Part shown: piece after piece, positions 9,517-17,680 of the stretch
Layout: each line of letters opens with the position of its first letter
How positions within the stretch are numbered: position 1 is the first letter of the stretch
Source: an uncultured Halanaerobiales bacterium
GTDB taxonomy: Bacteria > Bacillota > Halanaerobiia > Halanaerobiales > M55B127
Reading direction: 5' to 3'
Length of the DNA stretch: 64,000 nt
Assembly: GCA_964430875.1 (NCBI GenBank)
Contig: CAYSHP010000001.1
Location: 22,005 to 86,004, forward strand
The notes under the pieces: model-generated
The model's database searches: none
What the model saw: the letters and a program-made list of their open reading frames with translations, nothing else
Told to the model about the DNA's origin: nothing
Translations under genes and position numbers: made by a program

Positions 9517-10911
9517 ATGGAAGAGGAATGTGGTATCTTTGGAATTTATTCTCCTGAAAAAAGAGATGATATTGCTCGGTTGAATTACTTAGGTTTACAT
9601 GCTTTACAGCACCGAGGTCAAGAAAGTGCTGGTATTTGTGTAAATAATGATCGACAGCTAAAGGTCCATAAAGGTATGGGATTGGTTAGTAATGTTTTTG
9701 ATAAAGAAACTTTAAAAGATCTAACCGGAAATATCAGTATAGGTCATGTTAGATATTCTACAACAGGTTCTTCTCTTTTGGTTAATGCTCAACCACTTCT
9801 AACTAACAGTATTAAAGGAGATTTAGCTTTAGCTCATAATGGTAACTTAATTAATGGCCAGGAACTAAAAGATAACTTAGAATCCCACGGTTCTATCTTT
9901 CATTCTACACTTGATACTGAAGTTATTGCACATCTAGTAGCAAGATCTTTTAAAGATGATATTATAGAGGCTTTAATGCAAAGCCTTCAACAGATAAAAG
10001 GAGCCTTTAGTTTAATTGCAATGACTAATGATAGTCTAATTGCAGCTCGTGACCCCCATGGTTTTAGACCATTAGTTTTAGGAAAAAAAGATGATAGCTT
10101 TATATTATCTTCGGAAACCTGTGCCTTTGATATAATTGATGCTGAATTTATGAGAGAAATTGAACCGGGTGAAGTTTTAATAATTAATCAAGAAGGTATT
10201 ACAAGCAAAAGATACAGCGAGGATAAAACAAAAGCTTTTTGTGTATTTGAATTTATCTATTTTGCTCGCCCGGACAGTATAATTGGGGGAGAGAATGTTT
10301 ATCTTGCCCGCAAGAAGATGGGCAGGAGACTAGCCAAGGAAATGAACATAGAGGCTGATTTGGTGGTACCGGTTCCCAGCTCTGGAATGGCTGCAGCACA
10401 AGGTTATTCCCTAGAAGCCGGTATATCTTATGCTGATGGTATTTTAAGAAACCGTTATGTAGGGAGAACTTTTATTCAGCCTACCCAGGAAATGCGTGAT
10501 TTAAAGGTAAGAATGAAATTAAATCCGATAAATAAGATCTTAGAAGGTAAAGATATAATCTTAGTTGATGATTCAATTGTAAGGGGTACTACAAGTAAAC
10601 AAATTATTAATAGACTAAAAGAAACTGATGTTAATAAAATTCATATGGCTATTGCTTCTCCTCCTGTAAAACATCCCTGTTTTTATGGTTTGGATACTTC
10701 CAGGCGCCAAGAACTCATTGCTCGAGAAAAAGAAGTAGAAGAAATAGCTGAATATATTGGGGCTGATAGTTTGCATTATTTAAGCTTAGAAGGTATTTTA
10801 TCAGTTTTAGAGGCAGATGATTATGGTTACTGTAGTGCTTGTTTTAACGGGAAATATCCCACCGATGAAAATGAAAAGAGAGAGGTCGATAAAAATGGGT
10901 TTATCCTATAA
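9517..10911 (+). CDS. purF: amidophosphoribosyltransferase
   Basis: I prefer ATG 9517 (MEEE-CGIFGI; Ntn catalytic Cys after a short propeptide) over the listed 9472. PRTase motif ILVDDSIVRGTT; C-terminal Cys ligands. Confidence 0.93.
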   Translation: MEEECGIFGIYSPEKRDDIARLNYLGLHALQHRGQESAGICVNNDRQLKVHKGMGLVSNVFDKETLKDLTGNISIGHVRYSTTGSSLLVNAQPLLTNSIKGDLALAHNGNLINGQELKDNLESHGSIFHSTLDTEVIAHLVARSFKDDIIEALMQSLQQIKGAFSLIAMTNDSLIAARDPHGFRPLVLGKKDDSFILSSETCAFDIIDAEFMREIEPGEVLIINQEGITSKRYSEDKTKAFCVFEFIYFARPDSIIGGENVYLARKKMGRRLAKEMNIEADLVVPVPSSGMAAAQGYSLEAGISYADGILRNRYVGRTFIQPTQEMRDLKVRMKLNPINKILEGKDIILVDDSIVRGTTSKQIINRLKETDVNKIHMAIASPPVKHPCFYGLDTSRRQELIAREKEVEEIAEYIGADSLHYLSLEGILSVLEADDYGYCSACFNGKYPTDENEKREVDKNGFIL

Positions 10912-11905
10912 AGAGGCCGGAGTTGATATAAAAAAGGGTGAAGAAGCTGTTAATCAAATTAAAGGATTAGTTAAATCAACTTACAATGAAAATGTTATTA
11001 CAGATTTAGGTGCATTTGGAGGTTTATTTAATCTCGATTTAAAAAATTATGATGAACCGATTTTAGCAGCTGCTACAGATGGAGTAGGTACCAAACTTAA
11101 ATTAGCATTTTTAGCTGATAAACATGATACCATAGGTATTGATTTAGTAGCAATGAGTGTAAATGACTTAGTGACCTTAGGAGCAAAACCTTTGTTTTTT
11201 TTAGATTATCTTGCTACTGGTAGTCTAAATGTTGAGCAATTCAATGAAGTAGTCACAGGTATTGTACAGGGGTGTAAAGAGGCGGGTTGTGCTCTTTTAG
11301 GGGGAGAAACAGCTGAAATGCCTGATTTCTATAAAAAAGGTGAATATGATACAGCTGGATTTTGTGTGGGAATAGTAGATAAAGATAAAGTGATAGATGG
11401 TTCAAAGATAGAGGAGGGTGATAGTTTAATTGGTATCTCTTCTAATGGTATTCATAGTAATGGATTTTCACTAGTTAGGAAACTTTTTATTAAAGAAAAT
11501 AAACATAACAATCATAAATTTTTAGAAAACCTTCTAAAACCAACAAGAATTTATGTGAAGCCAATTTTAAAAATTATTGATAAATTTAATATCAAAGGTA
11601 TAGCCCATATTACAGGTGGGGGCTTAATAGAAAATGTGCCTCGAATTCTGCCGGAAGGACTTACAGCAGAGATAGATATAACCAGTTTTCCCACTCCTGG
11701 AATTTTTAATAAAATAAAAAAAGCAGGTAAGATTGAACAAAAAGAGATGTATAAAACATTTAATATGGGCATAGGAATGGTGTTAGCAGTAAACCAAGTT
11801 GATAAAGATAAAGTTATTTCAAAACTAAAAGCATTAGGTGAAAAATCTTATGAGATCGGCCGGGTAACTGAAAAAAAAGAAGAAGGTTTAATATTGAAAG
11901 GATGA
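10895..11905 (+). CDS. purM: phosphoribosylformylglycinamidine cyclo-ligase (AIR synthase)
   Basis: I prefer ATG 10895 (MGLSYKEAGVDI), the typical PurM N-terminus. The listed 10817 start runs through the purF 3' end. DGVGTK motif. Confidence 0.93.
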   Translation: MGLSYKEAGVDIKKGEEAVNQIKGLVKSTYNENVITDLGAFGGLFNLDLKNYDEPILAAATDGVGTKLKLAFLADKHDTIGIDLVAMSVNDLVTLGAKPLFFLDYLATGSLNVEQFNEVVTGIVQGCKEAGCALLGGETAEMPDFYKKGEYDTAGFCVGIVDKDKVIDGSKIEEGDSLIGISSNGIHSNGFSLVRKLFIKENKHNNHKFLENLLKPTRIYVKPILKIIDKFNIKGIAHITGGGLIENVPRILPEGLTAEIDITSFPTPGIFNKIKKAGKIEQKEMYKTFNMGIGMVLAVNQVDKDKVISKLKALGEKSYEIGRVTEKKEEGLILKG

Positions 11906-11909
11906 GAAC

Positions 11910-12518
11910 ATGTTTAACTTAGCCGTGTTAGTTTCGGGGAGAGGCAGTAATTTACAGTCAATAATAGATAAACTACATTTGAAAGATAAAAATATAGAAA
12001 TAAAATGTGTTATTTGTAATAAAAAAGATGCCTTTGCCTTAAAAAGGGCAAAAAAACATGGAATTAAAGTTTATTTCATAGATGAAAGAAGATATAATGA
12101 TAAAAAAGAATATGATAAAAAGATAATTAAAGTAATTACTAATAATGAAATTGATTTAATAATTTTAGCCGGCTATATGAAGGTTTTAACACCTACTTTT
12201 GTAAAAAAATTTAAAAATAAAATAGTTAATATCCATCCTTCACTTTTACCAGCTTTTCCTGGTTTAAATGCCCAAAAACAAGCTTTAGATTATGGAGTTA
12301 AAGTTAGTGGATGTACGGTCCATTTTGTTGATGAGGGAGTAGACACTGGACCTATTATAAAACAAAAAGCAGTAGAAGTTAAATCAGATGATACTGAAAA
12401 GAGTTTAGCCAAACGTATCCTAAATTATGAACATCAGATACTACCTGAAGTTATTGAACTTATCTCTAAAAAAAAGGTTGTATTAAAAAAAGATAATACA
12501 GTTAGGATTAAGGAGTGA
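11910..12518 (+). CDS. purN: phosphoribosylglycinamide formyltransferase
   Basis: VLVSGRGSNLQ, NIHPSLLP, formyltransferase fold. Confidence 0.93.
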   Translation: MFNLAVLVSGRGSNLQSIIDKLHLKDKNIEIKCVICNKKDAFALKRAKKHGIKVYFIDERRYNDKKEYDKKIIKVITNNEIDLIILAGYMKVLTPTFVKKFKNKIVNIHPSLLPAFPGLNAQKQALDYGVKVSGCTVHFVDEGVDTGPIIKQKAVEVKSDDTEKSLAKRILNYEHQILPEVIELISKKKVVLKKDNTVRIKE

Positions 12519-12523
12519 TTTAT

Positions 12524-14089
12524 TTGTCTGAAATTAAAAGAGCGTTAATTAGTGTTTCTAATAAAAAAGGTATCAAAGAGTTTGCTAAAACTTTAGCAGA
12601 AAATAAAGTTGAAATAATATCAACGGGAGGAACTGCTAAAAAAATTGCCGAAACCGGTGTTGAGGTAATAAACATATCGGATGTTACAAATTTTCCGGAA
12701 ATGATGGAAGGAAGAGTAAAAACCCTTCATCCTAATATCCATGCAGGCATTTTGGCTCGTAGAGCCAAAGATTCAGATTTAGATGAATTAGACAAATTGA
12801 ATATTAAAACAATTGATTTAATAGTCTGTAATCTTTACCCTTTTGCTGAAACATTAAATAAAAAAGATGTTGAACTTAAGGAAATATTAGAAAATATTGA
12901 TATTGGTGGACCAACTATGATTAGGGCAGCTGCTAAAAACTTTCCTGATGTTCTAGTTGTAGTAGATCCCAAAGATTATAAAAAAATAGCTGAAAAAATA
13001 GAAGGTAATGAGAACATAGATAAATCTTTAAAAAAGAAGATGGCTTATAAGGCATTTAATCATACCGCTGAATATGATGCAATTATTCAAAATTATTTCT
13101 ATGAACATATAGATGATATTAATGAATTCCCTGATATTTTAATTGAACCTTATTATAAAAAACAAAATTTAAGATATGGTGAAAATCCGCACCAAAAAGC
13201 TGCTTTTTATAAAGAGAGAAAGGTTAATGAACCTTGTGTAACAAATGCAGAGAAAATTAGTGGAAAAGGGTTATCATTTAATAATATAAATGATACAGAA
13301 GGGGCAGTTGAATTAATTAAAGAATTTCCTAATAAACCAACTGCTGCTGTAATTAAACATACTAATCCCTGTGGATTAGCTTCTGCAGATGATATAATAA
13401 CAGCTTTTAAAAATGCTTATGCGGGTGATCCTCTATCAGCCTTTGGTTCCATAGTTTCGTTAAACCAGGCTGTAGATCATAAGTTAGCCGAGGAGATAAT
13501 CAGTGGAGAGAAGTATATAGAAGTAATTACAGCACCTGATTTTAGTAGTGATGCTGTAGAAATATTAAAAGATAGATGGGAAAGTATCCGAATCTTAAAA
13601 ACAAAAGATACAAATGGAAATATTAAAAGATTTGGTTATGATTTTAAAAAAGTAACCGGAGGATTATTGGTACAAAACCGAGATTTAGAAATGGTAAACC
13701 AAAGTGAAATTAAATTAGTAACTAAGCAGACAACAGATGAAAAGTTAATTAAAGAACTACTATTTGCCTGGAAAGCAGCAAAACATGTAAAGTCTAATGC
13801 AATTGTAATGGCTAAAGATGAAATGTTAGTTGGTGTAGGGGCGGGACAGATGAGCAGAGTAGATGCCATGATTATTGCCGGCCGCAAAGCAAAAGGAAGA
13901 CAACAAGGTGCCGTGGTTGCTTCAGATGCCTTTTTTCCTTTTCCAGATGCCATTGAAAAGGCAGCCGAATACGGGATCAAAGCAATAATCCAACCCGGGG
14001 GCTCAATTAGAGATGAACAAGTAATTAAAAAAGCTAATGAATTAGGTATTGCTATGTATTTTACTAATATAAGGCACTTTCGCCATTAA
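12524..14089 (+). CDS. purH: bifunctional AICAR transformylase / IMP cyclohydrolase
   Basis: I prefer TTG 12524, 8 nt after AGGAG (MSEIKRALISVSNK); the listed GTG 12515 overlaps the SD. MGS-like and AICARFT domains; ends FRH. Confidence 0.94.
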   Translation: MSEIKRALISVSNKKGIKEFAKTLAENKVEIISTGGTAKKIAETGVEVINISDVTNFPEMMEGRVKTLHPNIHAGILARRAKDSDLDELDKLNIKTIDLIVCNLYPFAETLNKKDVELKEILENIDIGGPTMIRAAAKNFPDVLVVVDPKDYKKIAEKIEGNENIDKSLKKKMAYKAFNHTAEYDAIIQNYFYEHIDDINEFPDILIEPYYKKQNLRYGENPHQKAAFYKERKVNEPCVTNAEKISGKGLSFNNINDTEGAVELIKEFPNKPTAAVIKHTNPCGLASADDIITAFKNAYAGDPLSAFGSIVSLNQAVDHKLAEEIISGEKYIEVITAPDFSSDAVEILKDRWESIRILKTKDTNGNIKRFGYDFKKVTGGLLVQNRDLEMVNQSEIKLVTKQTTDEKLIKELLFAWKAAKHVKSNAIVMAKDEMLVGVGAGQMSRVDAMIIAGRKAKGRQQGAVVASDAFFPFPDAIEKAAEYGIKAIIQPGGSIRDEQVIKKANELGIAMYFTNIRHFRH

Positions 14090-14147
14090 AAAGGCAGGAA
14101 ATACTGATAATCTCAAGAATATTATAATAAAGTATTAAATAAATGGG

Positions 14148-15389
14148 GTGATTAGTATAGATATTAAAAGCATTGCTGTACTAGGGGCTGGTAATCGGGG
14201 TAAGGATGTTTATGGTAAGTTGATTAAAAAAAATAAAAATTTAAAAGTTGTTGCAGTAGCAGAGCCAAATAAAGATAGAAGAATAAGTTTTGCAAGCGAA
14301 CATAAAATTCCTCCCAATTATCAATTTAATAGCTGGGAGGATTTGCTATTTGAAGATAAATTAGCTGACGGTTTAATTATTGCTACTGGAGATAAACTGC
14401 ATTTCAAACCTCTAATTACGGGATTACAAAAAGGATATAAAGTGCTTTGTGAAAAACCGATAACAGATGATTTGAGTGAACTCAAAATCCTACAAACAGA
14501 TTATAAAAAATATAGTGAGCAAGTTATGGTTTCTCATGTATTAAGGTATACGCCTTTTTTCAATAAAATAAAAGAAATATTGAATAAAAATATTGTTGGT
14601 AAAGTAAGGTTTATTAATCTAATTGAAAATATTGGTTTCTTTCATTATGGACACAGTTATGTAAGAGGTAACTGGAGAAACCATAAGATAGGAGCTCCTA
14701 TAATACTTGCCAAAAGCTGTCATGATTTAGATATTCTTTATTGGTTAATGGATGAACCCTATAAGAATGTTTATTCAAATTCTTCTGAAAAATATTTTGA
14801 TAAAATACATACTCCTTTCAATGCAGGAGATCGCTGTCTGAACTGTCCGATAGAAGAGGGATGTCCTTATTCAGCTAAAAAATTATATTTCAGTGTTGAG
14901 CAAGGTTGGCCTGTAAGTGTAATTACAGATGATTTAAGTAAAGAAGGTATCTCTAAGGCCTTAAAAGAAACAACTTATGGAAAATGTGTTTATAAAAGTG
15001 ATAATGACCAATTAGATGTTCAATCTCTTTTATTGAAATTCAAAAATAATATTAATGCCCATTTTACTTTAACTGCTTTTTCAAAAAATATGACCAGAAA
15101 GATAAATATCTTTGGTACCTATGGTGAGATATTTGGCAACTTAGATAAAGGTATTATAGAGGTTAAACCATTTTTAAGTGAAGATTATCAGATAGACATT
15201 GAACCTACAGGTGGCCATGCCGGTGGTGATGAAAAGTTAGTTGAAGCTTTTGAAATGTTTTTATTTGATGAATTAAATAAAAATGAGAGTAATTTAATAT
15301 CTGCTATGGAAAGTCATTTTACTGCATTGGCAGCTGAAAAGGCAAGGAAAGAAAAGAAGCTAGTTCATTTAGATAATTTTAGGAGGTAA
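14148..15389 (+). CDS. Gfo/Idh/MocA-family NAD(P)-dependent oxidoreductase with an inserted Cys cluster
   Basis: Rossmann N-terminus IAVLGAGNRG and EKP motif (LCEKPIT). C230-x2-C-x5-CP insert (RCLNCPIEEGCP). Confidence 0.75.
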   Translation: MISIDIKSIAVLGAGNRGKDVYGKLIKKNKNLKVVAVAEPNKDRRISFASEHKIPPNYQFNSWEDLLFEDKLADGLIIATGDKLHFKPLITGLQKGYKVLCEKPITDDLSELKILQTDYKKYSEQVMVSHVLRYTPFFNKIKEILNKNIVGKVRFINLIENIGFFHYGHSYVRGNWRNHKIGAPIILAKSCHDLDILYWLMDEPYKNVYSNSSEKYFDKIHTPFNAGDRCLNCPIEEGCPYSAKKLYFSVEQGWPVSVITDDLSKEGISKALKETTYGKCVYKSDNDQLDVQSLLLKFKNNINAHFTLTAFSKNMTRKINIFGTYGEIFGNLDKGIIEVKPFLSEDYQIDIEPTGGHAGGDEKLVEAFEMFLFDELNKNESNLISAMESHFTALAAEKARKEKKLVHLDNFRR

Positions 15390-15394
15390 GGCAA

Positions 15395-16099
15395 TTGAAA
15401 AAAATAGGCCTTTTAGGAGGTATGGGTTGGTACTCTACTTCAATATACTATAAAAAAATAAATACATATATTAATCAAATCAGAAATAATAAAATCAACC
15501 CTGAAATTATTATTTATTCAGTAAACTTTGATCAAATAATTAAATTATTAGAAAAAGATGATTGGAACTCTATAATTGATATCATTTCAAATAAAGCCAT
15601 GAAGATTGAAGAGGCTGGTGCAGATTTTTTAGTAATAACTTCTAATACACTTCATAAAATAAAAGATGAAATTCAAAGTAATGTTAATATTCCCATAATA
15701 AGTATTATTGAGGTGGTTGGTAATAATCTTAAAAAAACTTGGTGTAAAAAACCTGGTTTGTTAGCAACTAAATACTTAATTAAAGATGGGTTTTATCAAA
15801 GAAGATTAGAAAGAGGATTTGCTCAAAAGGTAATAACTCCTGATCTCCGTGAAATAGAAGAACTAAATGAAATTATTATTAATGAGCTTATTAGTAATAA
15901 TATTAATATTGATTCAAGATATTATATAAATAGTATCATTGATAATTTAATGTTTCAGGATGTTGATTCAGTTATATTAGGGAGTACAGAGCTATCATCT
16001 TTGATTGATATTATAGCTGCTCGCGATGTAAGAATAATTGATAGTCTTGAATTACATATCCGCGAAATAGTACATTATGCTCTCCGAAAAAATTTGTAA
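15395..16099 (+). CDS. Asp/Glu/hydantoin racemase-superfamily protein (Ser/Ser active-site variant)
   Basis: IGLLGGMGWYST N-terminus as in YgeA/aspartate racemases. The family motifs read ITSNTLH and LGSTE instead of xCNTAH and GCTE. Confidence 0.7.
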   Translation: MKKIGLLGGMGWYSTSIYYKKINTYINQIRNNKINPEIIIYSVNFDQIIKLLEKDDWNSIIDIISNKAMKIEEAGADFLVITSNTLHKIKDEIQSNVNIPIISIIEVVGNNLKKTWCKKPGLLATKYLIKDGFYQRRLERGFAQKVITPDLREIEELNEIIINELISNNINIDSRYYINSIIDNLMFQDVDSVILGSTELSSLIDIIAARDVRIIDSLELHIREIVHYALRKNL

Positions 16100-16162
16100 A
16101 TAGAATAGATATAATATAAACTAAAAAAAAGAAAATCTTGAAATTTTGGGTGGGTGTATTGT

Positions 16163-17170
16163 ATGCAGCATGATGAAGAAAGAAAAAATATACGCAATAA
16201 ATTATTATTAATTACAATTTTAACAGTTTTAATAATGTTTATTTCATTATTTGTGGGCAGATTTAATATTCCAATCATTAAATTTATTAATGGATTTAAT
16301 TTAAATGATATGGAAAAATCTGTTTTTTACTATATAAGGCTTCCCAGAATTCTTCTAGTGATGGGAGTTGGAGCTGCTTTATCTGTAGCCGGGGCAAGTT
16401 ATCAAAGTATTTTTAGAAATCCACTTGTTTCTCCTGATATACTGGGAGTTTCAGCTGGTGCAAGTTTTGGTGCTGCTTTGGGTATGATTTTATCATTTGA
16501 ATCATTTAGTTCAATATATTTACTAGCATTTATTTTCGGGATAGCTGCCGTATTTTTAACATATTTTATTTCCAGATTAGGTCAAACTAATATGATTATG
16601 ATGATGGTTTTATCGGGGATTGTTGTAGGGTCTTTATTTAATGCTTTTATTTCAATATTAAAATATATGGCTGATCCTTATGAAAAATTACCAGGGATTG
16701 TTTTTTGGTTAATGGGAGGATTTAGCAGAACCGGTTGGGATGAGTTAAAGTTTGCTGCTCCCTTTATTTTAATAGGTATAATTATTTTAATACTAATACG
16801 CTGGTATCTAAATGTAATGTCTATGGGAGAAGAAGAAGCAATATCGATGGGTATAAATGTTAAATTAGTTAGGAATGTAATGGTATTATTTAGTACATTA
16901 ATGGTGTCAGCTTCTGTAGCAACTGTGGGTCAGGTAAGTTGGGTAGGCCTAGTAGTACCTCATATTGCTCGCTTTATTGTGGGAGCAGACCATCGTTACA
17001 TGATACCCGCTTCTGGACTTTTAGGGGCAAGTTTTATGCTTGTGATGGATGATATTGCAAGATCTCTAACCGGTGCTGAAATACCTATCAGTATTATTAC
17101 TGCTTTATTAGGAGCACCGTTTTTTGCCTATCTCTTGATTTCTCAAAAAAGCAGTGGATGGAACAGATAA
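16163..17170 (+). CDS. FecCD/BtuC-family ABC transporter permease (iron-chelate/cobalamin type)
   Basis: ~10 TM segments, RLPRILLV..GAALSVAG.YQ..FRNPL.SP..LG motif. ATG 16163 follows a GGGTGGGTG SD. Confidence 0.85.
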   Translation: MQHDEERKNIRNKLLLITILTVLIMFISLFVGRFNIPIIKFINGFNLNDMEKSVFYYIRLPRILLVMGVGAALSVAGASYQSIFRNPLVSPDILGVSAGASFGAALGMILSFESFSSIYLLAFIFGIAAVFLTYFISRLGQTNMIMMMVLSGIVVGSLFNAFISILKYMADPYEKLPGIVFWLMGGFSRTGWDELKFAAPFILIGIIILILIRWYLNVMSMGEEEAISMGINVKLVRNVMVLFSTLMVSASVATVGQVSWVGLVVPHIARFIVGADHRYMIPASGLLGASFMLVMDDIARSLTGAEIPISIITALLGAPFFAYLLISQKSSGWNR

Positions 17171-17192
17171 TTTTTTAGAAAGGGTGAAAATT

Positions 17193-17663
17193 TTGGTTAA
17201 GGTAGCATTATTGACAGTTAGGGATAGTAAACATAACGAAAAAAATGAAGAAAAAACTAGGAAAATAGTAAGAAATTTAGCTACGAAAATTGACGGAGAA
17301 AAAGTATATTTTAAGTCAGTCGATAATATGTATGAAAAAATAAAAGAAGAATTATTTGACTTAAGTGTAAATAGAGAAGCAGATTTAATCTTAACATGTG
17401 GAGGTACCGGTCTTTCACCTAAAGATTTAGTACCAGAAGCCACTAAAGATGTTATCGAAAAAGAAGTACCCGGTATTCCTGAAAAAATGAGAAGAATTGT
17501 GTCTGAATATAGGCCGAGTGCCTGTATATTTAGAGGTACAGCTGGTATTAATAAAGAAAGTTTAATAATTAACTTACCGTCTGATCCCAAACTTGTTAAA
17601 GATTGTTTAAACTCAATTATTGAAGTTATACCTAAAGGTATAAATATGTTAAAAAAGGATTAA
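17193..17663 (+). CDS. MogA/MoaB-family molybdenum cofactor biosynthesis domain protein
   Basis: VALLTVRDS ... LILTCGGTGLSPKDLVPEAT motif. TTG 17193 with upstream AAAGGGTG is the likely start; the listed 17154 overlaps the permease. Confidence 0.75.
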   Translation: MVKVALLTVRDSKHNEKNEEKTRKIVRNLATKIDGEKVYFKSVDNMYEKIKEELFDLSVNREADLILTCGGTGLSPKDLVPEATKDVIEKEVPGIPEKMRRIVSEYRPSACIFRGTAGINKESLIINLPSDPKLVKDCLNSIIEVIPKGINMLKKD

Positions 17664-17680
17664 AATAGGAGGTTTATTAC

